From positions 1,627,267-1,691,266 of the forward strand of contig OY968772.1 of assembly GCA_963695275.1 (NCBI GenBank): DNA of 64,000 bases, given 5' to 3'. The first letter of the stretch is position 1, and the number at the start of each line of letters is the position of its first letter. A model generated the notes under the pieces. It made no database searches. It saw only the letters and a list, made by a program, of their open reading frames with translations, and was not told where the DNA came from. A program made the position numbers and the translations under genes. The stretch is from an uncultured Solirubrobacterales bacterium. Its GTDB lineage: Bacteria; Actinomycetota; Thermoleophilia; Solirubrobacterales; 70-9. Shown in pieces: positions 32,155-39,746 of this stretch.

Positions 32155-32489
32155 TGGCCGGCGCCGAGGACAATCTCTACGAGGTCGAGCAGCTGCTGGT
32201 GCAGCCCGGCACCTACTTCAACCCCCAGACCGAGGTCGTGGTCGTCGTCGACGACTCCGCCTCGATCGACCAGGAGGTCTTCAACATGGAGGCCTACGAG
32301 GGAGCGGACTGGGTGCGGATCTCCGACGAGATCCCGATCGACGAGGACGGCCGTGACCGCGCCCTCGAGGCCTTCCAGACGCATTACCACCCCGGCTCGG
32401 CCGGGTCGGTCTCCGAAACCGCGCTCGAACAGGGCGACGAAGAGCTCGACGAAGGCGAGACCGGCCAGGACCCCGGCCGCGAGGACTAA
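32154..32489 (+). CDS. Hypothetical acidic protein
   Basis: ATG overlaps the upstream TAA (TAATG). No family recognised. Confidence 0.45.
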   Translation: MAGAEDNLYEVEQLLVQPGTYFNPQTEVVVVVDDSASIDQEVFNMEAYEGADWVRISDEIPIDEDGRDRALEAFQTHYHPGSAGSVSETALEQGDEELDEGETGQDPGRED

Positions 32490-32499
32490 GCGGCCACCG

Positions 32500-32967
32500 A
32501 TGCTGGAGCCAGGGGACAGAGCGCCCGCCTTCACGCTGTCCGACCAGGACGGCAACAAGGTCAAGCTGACCGACCTCAAGGGCGAGACGGTCGTCGTCTA
32601 CTTCTACCCGCGGGCAGAAACGCCGGGCTGTACGACTCAAGCCTGCGGCATCCGCGACCGCGGCGACGAGTACCGCGAGCTGGGCGCGCGGGTGCTGGGG
32701 ATCTCACCCGACGAGCCGGAGGCGCTGCGCAAGTTCGCCGACAACCAGAAGCTCGACTTCACCCTGCTCTCCGATCCCGATCACAAGGTCGCCGACAAAT
32801 ACGGCGCCTGGGGCGAGAAGTCGATGTACGGCAAGAAGTACATGGGAATGCTGAGATCAAGCTTCATCGTCGACCCCAAGGGCAAGATCGCCCGGGTCTT
32901 CCCCAAAGTCCAGCCCAAAAAACACAACGGGCTGATCCTCAAAGCACTCGCGGAACTCGCGGCCTGA
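32500..32967 (+). CDS. bcp: Peroxiredoxin Bcp (thiol peroxidase)
   Basis: 'GDRAPAFTL..VVVYFYPRAETPGCTTQACG'. Start trimmed to ATG 32500. Confidence 0.9.
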   Translation: MLEPGDRAPAFTLSDQDGNKVKLTDLKGETVVVYFYPRAETPGCTTQACGIRDRGDEYRELGARVLGISPDEPEALRKFADNQKLDFTLLSDPDHKVADKYGAWGEKSMYGKKYMGMLRSSFIVDPKGKIARVFPKVQPKKHNGLILKALAELAA

Positions 32968-32970
32968 GGG

Positions 32971-33036
32971 CGGGTCCCGGGTGGGACCCACCTGCGCGAA
33001 CTGCGGGGAGGCTTGGCGGGTCCCACCCGGGACCCG
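32971..33036. terminator. Twin-hairpin bidirectional terminator between convergent bcp and the antiporter gene
   Basis: GGGTCCC-gggt-GGGACCC (32972-32989) and CGGGTCCC-accc-GGGACCCG (33017-33036). The two units are reverse complements of each other. Confidence 0.6.
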
Positions 33037-33039
33037 TGT

Positions 33040-34044
33040 TCAAGCACCAGCTGCGACGACGATGATGAAGCTGGCGTAGAGGAGGAACCAGCCGATGACC
33101 GCTGGCAATTTGAAGCGGCGCGCTAGGTGGAGGCTCTCGTAGGCCAGCAGTCCTCCCGCCAAGCCGAGGCCGATTGAGAGGATCGCGTTGCCGCTGAGAT
33201 CCCAGTCGGTGAAGATCAGGCCGATCCCGACCGGGATCATCGACTGGAAGACCATCGCCCCAGTGATGTTGCCGAGCGCCAGCGCGTCCTTGCCTTCGCG
33301 CACCCAGAAGAAGCTGTTGACCTTCTCCGGCAGCTCGGTCGCCAGGGGCGCCAGGATCAGGGCCAGGACGAGGGCCTCGACGCCGATGCTGTCGGCGATC
33401 GTCAGCAGCTCTTCGACGAAGAGGTGGGCACCGCCAACCATTGCCCCGAGGCCGACAAGCAGCTGGATTACGCAGAGCGAGAGCGCCGGGTCTTCGCGGC
33501 GCTCGCCGCGGCGCTCGAAGATCAGCGGGTTCAGCGACTCCTCGCTCTGGACCTCGCCGCTGCCGCGCAGGGTGAGGCGGATGTAGAAGACGTAGGCGAC
33601 GAGGAAGCCGACCCCGACGGCGATGCGGACCGGCGCCGGCGGACCCCAGGAGAGCAGCCCCGCGAGGGTGAAGAGGACGAGGAAGAAGGTGAGGTCGCGC
33701 TCCAGGGTCGGCCTGTGCACGTCGAGCTGAACCCCCTGCTCGCGTTTGTGGCGGTAGAGGTAGGCGAAGAGCCCGACCAGGCCCATCGCCAGCGTCGCCA
33801 GCAGGAAGGGCGCGCCGACGATGGCGCCGATCGCGACGTCTTCGGAGCCGGCGTTGACGCTGAGCAGGGCGACGATCGCGATCAGCGTCTCCGGCATCGC
33901 CGTCCCGACCGCGGCCAGCAGGCTGCCGACCGCCCCCTCTCCCAGCTCCAGGTTGTGCCCGATCCACTCCACCGCATTGGTGAACAACAAAGCGCCGGCC
34001 AGCACCACGGCGAAGCTGAGCAGAAGCAGCAGGGCTTCTCCCAT
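33040..34044 (-). CDS. Na+/Ca2+ exchanger family protein (CaCA, YrbG-like)
   Basis: Two alpha-repeats, 'GTAMPETLIAIVA' and 'GNITGAMVFQSMIPVG', with about 10 TM segments. ATG 34044 overlaps the mazF stop (TGATG). Confidence 0.85.
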   Translation of the reverse strand: MGEALLLLLSFAVVLAGALLFTNAVEWIGHNLELGEGAVGSLLAAVGTAMPETLIAIVALLSVNAGSEDVAIGAIVGAPFLLATLAMGLVGLFAYLYRHKREQGVQLDVHRPTLERDLTFFLVLFTLAGLLSWGPPAPVRIAVGVGFLVAYVFYIRLTLRGSGEVQSEESLNPLIFERRGERREDPALSLCVIQLLVGLGAMVGGAHLFVEELLTIADSIGVEALVLALILAPLATELPEKVNSFFWVREGKDALALGNITGAMVFQSMIPVGIGLIFTDWDLSGNAILSIGLGLAGGLLAYESLHLARRFKLPAVIGWFLLYASFIIVVAAGA

Positions 34045-34349
34045 CAACTCAACCCGAGATCGAACGCGGCCGCGATCGCTTCACCGAGAGCCGGCTCCTG
34101 GCTCTCAAGCAGGAGGCCGATCTGCTCCCCTACGGCATCGGTGGGAATGGTGGTGATGTTGTCGCAACTGACGACCGAGGGCTCCGCGAGGCCGTTCATG
34201 GCATCGACGCCGACCTCGCTGGAGAGCCCGCGGATCGTCGTGGTGATCGGCGCTACGGTGACGGTCCTCAGATGCGGCCGTACGAGCTCACGCGTGAGGA
34301 CCAGCACAGGCCGCGCCTTGTCGAGCCGTGCGACGTGGATGGGCCGCAT
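34044..34349 (-). CDS. mazF: Type II toxin, MazF/PemK-family mRNA interferase
   Basis: 'RPVLVLTRE..VTVAPITTTIRGLSSEV..PSVVSCDNITTIP' is the PemK/MazF pattern. Confidence 0.85.
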   Translation of the reverse strand: MRPIHVARLDKARPVLVLTRELVRPHLRTVTVAPITTTIRGLSSEVGVDAMNGLAEPSVVSCDNITTIPTDAVGEQIGLLLESQEPALGEAIAAAFDLGLS

Positions 34350-34582
34350 CAGGCCAGATCACGCGGGAGGCCCGCCGCGTACTCGGCGAGCCCTGCGAGC
34401 TCCGGGTCCGGACCGGTCCGGGCGAGAATCCGGGCATCCCGTTCCGCGAGGGCACGCCGACGCTCCCGCTCGAGCGCCCGGGTCACGACAGCTGCGCGGC
34501 TGCGCTCGTTACCGGAGTCGACAATCTCGTCAACGAAGTCGACAAGCTCATCTGGGAGTCGGACGGCGATCTGCTTGCTCAT
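34349..34582 (-). CDS. Ribbon-helix-helix antitoxin (MazE/CopG-like)
   Basis: 'MSKQIAVRLPDELVDFVDEIV..RSRAAVVTRALE'. Its stop overlaps the mazF ATG (ATGA). It is the C-terminal part of listed ORF 34349..34894. Confidence 0.75.
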   Translation of the reverse strand: MSKQIAVRLPDELVDFVDEIVDSGNERSRAAVVTRALERERRRALAERDARILARTGPDPELAGLAEYAAGLPRDLA

Positions 34583-34629
34583 CCCATGATGGTAGCGAAA
34601 CGGTAGCACCCAAAGAGTAGGTTCAATCG

Positions 34630-35295
34630 ATGGATTGGACCGACGGGCTTCAGGTCTTCTGTGCCGACGTGGGGTCGATCGCGCGCGGCAGCTTCGCCTG
34701 GGCGCGACGAATCCCAGGTTCCAACGGTGAGAAACCCCAACGGCCGGAGAGCATCGAGTCGCTTGCGGATTCGGTTGTTCATGCCCTCCACAACGGCGAC
34801 CCGGTAGCTCTCGGCTTCGAGGCGCCGCTGTTCCTGCCAGTGCCGGAGGACCCGAATCGACTTGGAAAGGCGCGGCCCTGCGATGCCCCTTCACCGTCGT
34901 GGTCGAGCAGTGTCGGTGCGTCAGTCCTCGCGACGGCGATGGTACAGATCCCGTGGACCCTGCGGGTCATCCACGAACAGGTACCCGACCTTCGGGTACA
35001 CGTTCAGTGGCCACGGTTCGCCGAGCAACGGGAGGGGCTGCTTCTTTGGGAGGCATTCGTCAGCGGGGCGGCAAAGGGTGAGACGCACGAGGAGGATGCT
35101 CGCAGTGGAGTACAGGCATTCTGCGAGCAGCTGCCGAACCCTGGCGACCCCAGCGCCACAGAAACGGAAAGACCGTTCTCCGTATTGGCTGCTGCGGCGA
35201 TTTGGGCGGGGCTCGATCTACCAATTGAGGACACGCGCGGTGGATGTCTGCTTGTACGCGCGACTCACCCACCGGACCCTCTGGGAACAGAATGA
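34630..35295 (+). CDS. Hypothetical protein, possible RNase H-like/RuvC-like fold nuclease (very tentative)
   Basis: ORF in the lower-GC island. Spaced acidic blocks 'VFCADVGS', 'ALGFEAPLF' and 'LWEAF..HEEDA' suggest the fold, but no family was recognised with certainty. Confidence 0.45.
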   Translation: MDWTDGLQVFCADVGSIARGSFAWARRIPGSNGEKPQRPESIESLADSVVHALHNGDPVALGFEAPLFLPVPEDPNRLGKARPCDAPSPSWSSSVGASVLATAMVQIPWTLRVIHEQVPDLRVHVQWPRFAEQREGLLLWEAFVSGAAKGETHEEDARSGVQAFCEQLPNPGDPSATETERPFSVLAAAAIWAGLDLPIEDTRGGCLLVRATHPPDPLGTE

Positions 35296-35326
35296 TGTTT
35301 CTCGCGCAAAGCGGGAGAATGCTGCC

Positions 35327-35758
35327 ATGAGCGAAGGAGTTGACTCAACCCCGAACCCCTGGCGGATTCAGGTGCGTGAACACCCAGCGCGCCGCGATAG
35401 CTCCGAATGGAGGGATGCCATAGGGGCCGCGGTGGAGGCCGCCTATCCGCAGGCGCCGTTCACCTCGCCTCACCTGAAGGCCGCCAGGTTCACCGTCGAG
35501 GTGACCTTCTGGATGACTCCTTTGGACCTGGCGAGGCCGGCCGTCGACCTCGACAACTTCGTCAAGCCTGTCCTCGACACACTCTTCACCTCGCAGAACG
35601 TCCGGAGACTCACCGGGGTCCTTCTCCCCGACGTGAACGACACGCGGGTGTTCCGACTCCTCATCGAGAAGGACGAAGTAGATAGTCCCGAGGACCAGGG
35701 GGCGGATATCACCATCTCCTGGGACCCTGCGACCACCCCGGGTCTCAGCGCCCCCTGA
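35327..35758 (+). CDS. RusA-like Holliday-junction resolvase family protein
   Basis: 'VDLDNFVKPVLDTL' and 'NDTRVFRLLIEK' align with E. coli RusA 'RDLDNLQKAAFDAL' and 'DDAQVVDYRVVK' (quoted from memory). ATG 35327 lies within listed ORF 34862..35758. Confidence 0.6.
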   Translation: MSEGVDSTPNPWRIQVREHPARRDSSEWRDAIGAAVEAAYPQAPFTSPHLKAARFTVEVTFWMTPLDLARPAVDLDNFVKPVLDTLFTSQNVRRLTGVLLPDVNDTRVFRLLIEKDEVDSPEDQGADITISWDPATTPGLSAP

Positions 35759-35910
35759 CGCTCCTCGCGCAAAACAGCAACGGTGGACCGGTTCCCGCTT
35801 CGACCTCGAATCTTCGCCAACCACGCCCCATCTCGCCTCCCTTGATCCACCAGGCGCCTCCAAGGTTTCAAGGGTTGGCGAGCGCCGCGGATCAGAAGTA
35901 CCATCGAAGC

Positions 35911-36264
35911 ATGACTCCGCGCCAGTTCCGCATCGGGGGACTCGTCCTTTCCGCGGCCTTCGCCATCCTCGGCATCTGGGCACTCGCTGAAGCCAAATAC
36001 GGCACCGGCACGCTATGGCTCGTAATGAGCGTTGCGTGGGTGCTGCTCGACTTCTTCAGAAACAACACTCAGCGGGCGCAAGAGCGTCGGCGACAGCGAT
36101 TGGAGGCAAAGTACGCGTCACAACCGATCCCGGCGCAGCCGGACAACCTTCCCCGTTGGTTCAGCCCGGATAACCCGCCTGGTTGGTACTTGAATCCAGC
36201 CACCAACGAACCTGCCTACTGGTCTGAGATCGGCTGGCGGTCGAAGGAACCGAGCGCGACCTAA
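35911..36264 (+). CDS. 2-TM membrane protein with DUF2510-like C-terminal motif
   Basis: 'IGGLVLSAAFAILGIWAL' and 'LWLVMSVAWVLLDFF' are TM segments. 'PPGWYLNPATNEPAYWSEIGW' resembles the GWYxDP..RYWDGxxW motif. Confidence 0.5.
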   Translation: MTPRQFRIGGLVLSAAFAILGIWALAEAKYGTGTLWLVMSVAWVLLDFFRNNTQRAQERRRQRLEAKYASQPIPAQPDNLPRWFSPDNPPGWYLNPATNEPAYWSEIGWRSKEPSAT

Positions 36265-36430
36265 CCAGAATCGTTCATGAAGAGGGCGTCTACGACCGGC
36301 AGGTGACGCGCTCGAAAGTCGCGCAAAGTAGGGGCGCCGTCTCGGCCTTCAGTCTGAACCACGAACTGATTGGGCATCACGAGCATCTCCCCATTCGTCG
36401 CATCACGAAAGGCGTGAGCCTCTGGATCGA

Positions 36431-37648
36431 CTAGACGGTCACGTGATCGGGCAGTCCACGTTCGCCCAGAACGATTTCCGCCACGTACTCGGGTACCTCT
36501 GCATAGCGCTCGAACTGCATCGTGTAGCTGGCTCGTCCCTGAGTCGAGGAGCGAAGGTCGGTGGCGTAGCCAAACATTTCGCCCAGCGGGACGAAGGCCT
36601 GGACCGCGAGCGCGTTGCCGCGCTGGTCCTGGCCCTGGACTTTGCCGCGGCGTCGGGAGAGATCGCCGATGACGTCGCCGAGGAAGTCCTCGGGGGTGAC
36701 GACCTCGACTGCCATCACCGGCTCCAGCAGGACCGGGTTGGCCTTGCGAGCACCCTCCTGGATCGCCATCGAGCCGGCGATTTTGAAGGCCATCTCCGAA
36801 GAGTCGACATCGTGGTAGGAGCCATCGACGAGTTCGACTTTGACGTCGACCATCGGATAGCCGGCCTTGACGCCGTTTTCCAGTGCCTCCCGCATCCCCT
36901 GTTCAGCCGGGCCGATGAATTCGCCGGGGATGGTGCCGCCCTTGATTTTGTTGACGAACTCGAAGCCCTCACCGGGAGCCGGCTCGAGGTTGATGACGAC
37001 ATGGCCGAACTGGCCGCGACCGCCGGTCTGGCGGACGAAACGGGCGACGACCTTCTCGGTCCGCTTGCGGATCGTCTCGCGGTAGGCGACCTGCGGCTTG
37101 CCGACGTTGGCGTCGACTTTGAACTCGCGCAGCATGCGGTCGACGATCACCTCGAGGTGGAGCTCGCCCATGCCGTGGATCAGGGTCTGGCCCGTTTTCT
37201 CGTCGGATTCGATCCGGAAGGTCGGGTCCTCCTCGCCCAGGCGCTGCAGGGCATTGCCCATCTTCTCCTGGTCGGCTTTCGTTTTCGGCTCGATCGCGAC
37301 GGCGATCACGGTCTCGGGGAACTCTCTTTCGAATCGGTTCAGGACTGAACAAACCTGATTGCGGAGCGCCATCAGGTCGTCGTCGTCGATGATCGGCTCA
37401 CCAGACACGACCAACTCCACCGCATACTGCTCGTCCGCGGGACGAACTCTTAACAGCACTACGCCGGAAGGCTCGTCAACAATGAATCGGTGAGCGAGCG
37501 TGTACACGCCTAGTTGTTGAGTACCGTGGAACCGTAGTTCCAACTCTTGGCTCAAGGACTCGCGGAGCGGAGCGGTCAACGCCGCGGCCGAGAGTGGTTC
37601 CGTCCACATGACTTCCAGATGGCTCACGAGGCTTCCGCCGCCTGCCAT
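36431..37648 (-). CDS. GTPase-less EF-G paralogue: novel ~105-aa N-domain fused to EF-G domains III-IV-V
   Basis: Long blocks are near-identical to EF-G ('[12 protein letters not shown]', '[14 protein letters not shown]', '[14 protein letters not shown]', '[10 protein letters not shown]', '[16 protein letters not shown]', '[11 protein letters not shown]'). No P-loop, DxxG or NKxD. Start is ambiguous: ATG 37648, GTG 37627 (GTGA overlap) or ATG 37609. Confidence 0.8.
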   Translation of the reverse strand: MAGGGSLVSHLEVMWTEPLSAAALTAPLRESLSQELELRFHGTQQLGVYTLAHRFIVDEPSGVVLLRVRPADEQYAVELVVSGEPIIDDDDLMALRNQVCSVLNRFEREFPETVIAVAIEPKTKADQEKMGNALQRLGEEDPTFRIESDEKTGQTLIHGMGELHLEVIVDRMLREFKVDANVGKPQVAYRETIRKRTEKVVARFVRQTGGRGQFGHVVINLEPAPGEGFEFVNKIKGGTIPGEFIGPAEQGMREALENGVKAGYPMVDVKVELVDGSYHDVDSSEMAFKIAGSMAIQEGARKANPVLLEPVMAVEVVTPEDFLGDVIGDLSRRRGKVQGQDQRGNALAVQAFVPLGEMFGYATDLRSSTQGRASYTMQFERYAEVPEYVAEIVLGERGLPDHVTV

Positions 37649-38463
37649 TCGTTGAAAGACCACACCACCCAATCCGAAGCCCTGAAGTGGGAGGAGACGG
37701 GCTGTGCGCTGGATACGTCCGGAGGACCCTTGGACGGAAACACGGCGAGCGTGATGTCGCGGCCTATCAGATCGCCGATCCGGCATGAGAAAAAGAAGAC
37801 TCGTGGAACAGCACGCTCGACGAGGTCTTTCCGCGCAAAGTTGTAGGCGGGATGCTTGAAGCGCGCGTCCTCCGGCGCTTGCCCCAGGTCAGTGATGATC
37901 GTTACGCAGCGCTCGAAGATCGAATCGCTTGAAATCTGGACGTCAACGTCGCTCTCGTCAGGACTGACTCCCAGCTTGTGCATGCAATCAAACGGACGTT
38001 GCACCGGGAAGATCTCGTCCGTAACCCACTCGGTACGGAGCCGAGTGTCGATCGCATCGATCTCCCACCGTTCGGGAACATCCCCTCGAGCGCTGCGAAA
38101 GGCATCAATCCATTCATCCCTGGTACACGGAAGCGCCTTGTGGGGTCCTGAGAAAACACTAGCGGCGCTTCCCTGGATCCGTACATCGCAGTCGTTCGGA
38201 TCGACGTTGTCTTCGACCAACGCCTTTGCGAATTGAGTTTTGAACAGCTGATAGTCGGCAGGAGACATGCCGAGTGGTACTGCGCGCGACCGCCAGCCGC
38301 TAATCGCGTGTGGCTCGATCCGGAGGAACTTGATGTCGCGCTGGCGGAGTCCATAGCCGGAGGAGTCGCGAATCGGAGGGTCTAATACATTGTCTCCTTC
38401 ACCGGCCGACGTCTTAGTCTCCCCTTTGGTGGGCCCAGTCACAGGGATGCGGGCGCGGTCCAT
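37624..38463 (-). CDS. Hypothetical 279-aa protein, first gene of the EF-G-like operon (enzyme fold unresolved)
   Basis: Intact ORF in lower-GC DNA, preceded by 152 nt of non-coding sequence. It contains '[13 protein letters not shown]' and '[11 protein letters not shown]', but with spacing atypical for Pol-beta NTases. Confidence 0.6.
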   Translation of the reverse strand: MDRARIPVTGPTKGETKTSAGEGDNVLDPPIRDSSGYGLRQRDIKFLRIEPHAISGWRSRAVPLGMSPADYQLFKTQFAKALVEDNVDPNDCDVRIQGSAASVFSGPHKALPCTRDEWIDAFRSARGDVPERWEIDAIDTRLRTEWVTDEIFPVQRPFDCMHKLGVSPDESDVDVQISSDSIFERCVTIITDLGQAPEDARFKHPAYNFARKDLVERAVPRVFFFSCRIGDLIGRDITLAVFPSKGPPDVSSAQPVSSHFRASDWVVWSFNEWQAAEAS

Positions 38464-38615
38464 GGTGCAGAAGCCATCCTAGCGTCTATGTATCGGATGG
38501 CGCAACGAAGCCTTGAACTCGTTAGGAGTGCGCCGAAATGGAGTATTCCCGCTTCCGCGTGAAAGCAGCAGCGAGACGAAATCTCCTCGGCGGCCCCGGT
38601 CCCGCCCCCCCTCAC

Positions 38616-39746
38616 TCACGCAAAGTAGAAAGCCAGCCCAAACACGAAGTAGATCGCCAGCAGCTGCACTCCCTCGAACCAGGTCGACTCTCCGTCTTGG
38701 GTCACTTGATTCGCGATCAGGATCGCCAGCAGGATCGCGCCGAGCTCGAAGCCGTTGAAGACGAGCGCCAACGGATAGGGGCCGAGGAAGAAGGAGGCGA
38801 GGACCAGGACCGGGGCGACGAAGAGGGCGACCTGGGCGCTGGAGCCGACGGCGATGTTGACCGCCAGGTCCATCTTGTCTTTCATCGCGACCAGGACCGC
38901 GACCCAGTGCTCGGCGGCATTGCCGACGATCGCGACGACGATGACGCCGATGAAGAACTCGGAGAGCCCGATCGAGTGCGAGGCCTCGGTGATCGAGCCG
39001 ACCAGCACCTCCGACATCACCCCGACCAGGACGCCGGCGATCGCCAGGGCGATGACCGAGGTCCGCGTCGACCAGCCCCAGCTGTCCTCGTCCTCGTACT
39101 CGGGGTTGAAGAGGTCGCGGTGGGTCTTGAGCGAGAAGAAGAGGCCGATCACGTAGGTGGCGATGAGGACGACGGCGACGGCCAGCGAGAGGTGCTCGAC
39201 GGTGCCGCCGTAGTGAATCGCCTCCGCCCCGGGCGCCGGCAGCCCCTTGCCCTCGACCAGCTCGAAGATCGCCGGCATGATCAGCGCCGCGGCCGCCAAC
39301 ATCAGCATCGAGGTCTGGATGCTGGCGCTGGTGCGGCTGAAGGTCTGTTTGTCGCGGCCGATGCCGCCGGCCAGCATCGCCGCCCCGAGCACGAGCAGGA
39401 TGTTGCCGATGATCGAGCCGACGATCGAGGCCTTGACCACCTCCTGCAGCCCCTGGCCGAGGGCGAAGAGGGCGATGATCAGCTCCGGCGCGTTGCCGAA
39501 GGTGACGTTGAGCAGGCCGCCGATGCCCGGCCCCGAGCGCGCCGCCAGCTCCTCGGTGGCGCGGCCCATCAGCGCCGCCGTGGGGACGATCCCCAGCGCC
39601 GAGGTGGCGAAGACGACCGTTGCCGGAGCGCCGACGATCTCGAGCACGACCGCGATCGGAATCAGCGGCGTCAGCAGATAGGGCCAGCCGAGCGGGGTGC
39701 GGAAGAACGACGCATCCAGCCGCGGCTGGCCTGAACTCGAGTTCAT
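38616..39746 (-). CDS. chaA: Ca2+/H+ antiporter (CaCA superfamily, ChaA/CAX type)
   Basis: Paired 'GNAPELIIALFA' and 'GNAAEHWVAVLVA' motifs with 11 TM segments. Confidence 0.9.
   Translation of the reverse strand: MNSSSGQPRLDASFFRTPLGWPYLLTPLIPIAVVLEIVGAPATVVFATSALGIVPTAALMGRATEELAARSGPGIGGLLNVTFGNAPELIIALFALGQGLQEVVKASIVGSIIGNILLVLGAAMLAGGIGRDKQTFSRTSASIQTSMLMLAAAALIMPAIFELVEGKGLPAPGAEAIHYGGTVEHLSLAVAVVLIATYVIGLFFSLKTHRDLFNPEYEDEDSWGWSTRTSVIALAIAGVLVGVMSEVLVGSITEASHSIGLSEFFIGVIVVAIVGNAAEHWVAVLVAMKDKMDLAVNIAVGSSAQVALFVAPVLVLASFFLGPYPLALVFNGFELGAILLAILIANQVTQDGESTWFEGVQLLAIYFVFGLAFYFA

Noticed and set aside
36261-36377. 38-41-codon ORF (..MPNQFVVQTEGRDGAPTLRDFRARHLPVVDALFMNDSG*) just downstream of the EF-G-like gene on the same strand, possibly a third operon member
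   Set aside because: It is short, has no recognisable features, its SD spacing is ambiguous, and its stop overlaps the convergent gene's stop. It cannot be distinguished from chance and would need conservation or Ribo-seq evidence.
36431-37648. Idea that the EF-G-like ORF is simply the housekeeping fusA gene or a Tet(M)/Tet(O)-type ribosomal protection protein
   Set aside because: Both of those are full-length translational GTPases. Here no P-loop, G domain or domain II exists in any frame upstream, and there is no str-operon context (rpsL, rpsG, tuf). The pseudogene alternative is kept as a caveat in the finding rather than rejected.
37624-38463. Calling the 279-aa protein a Pol-beta nucleotidyltransferase (MNT/CD-NTase-like) or an ADP-ribosyltransferase
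   Set aside because: The G-S and D-x-D elements are about 75 residues apart instead of about 10-15, and the R/S/E pattern is degenerate. This is too weak to annotate, so the protein is left as hypothetical and flagged for profile and structure searches.
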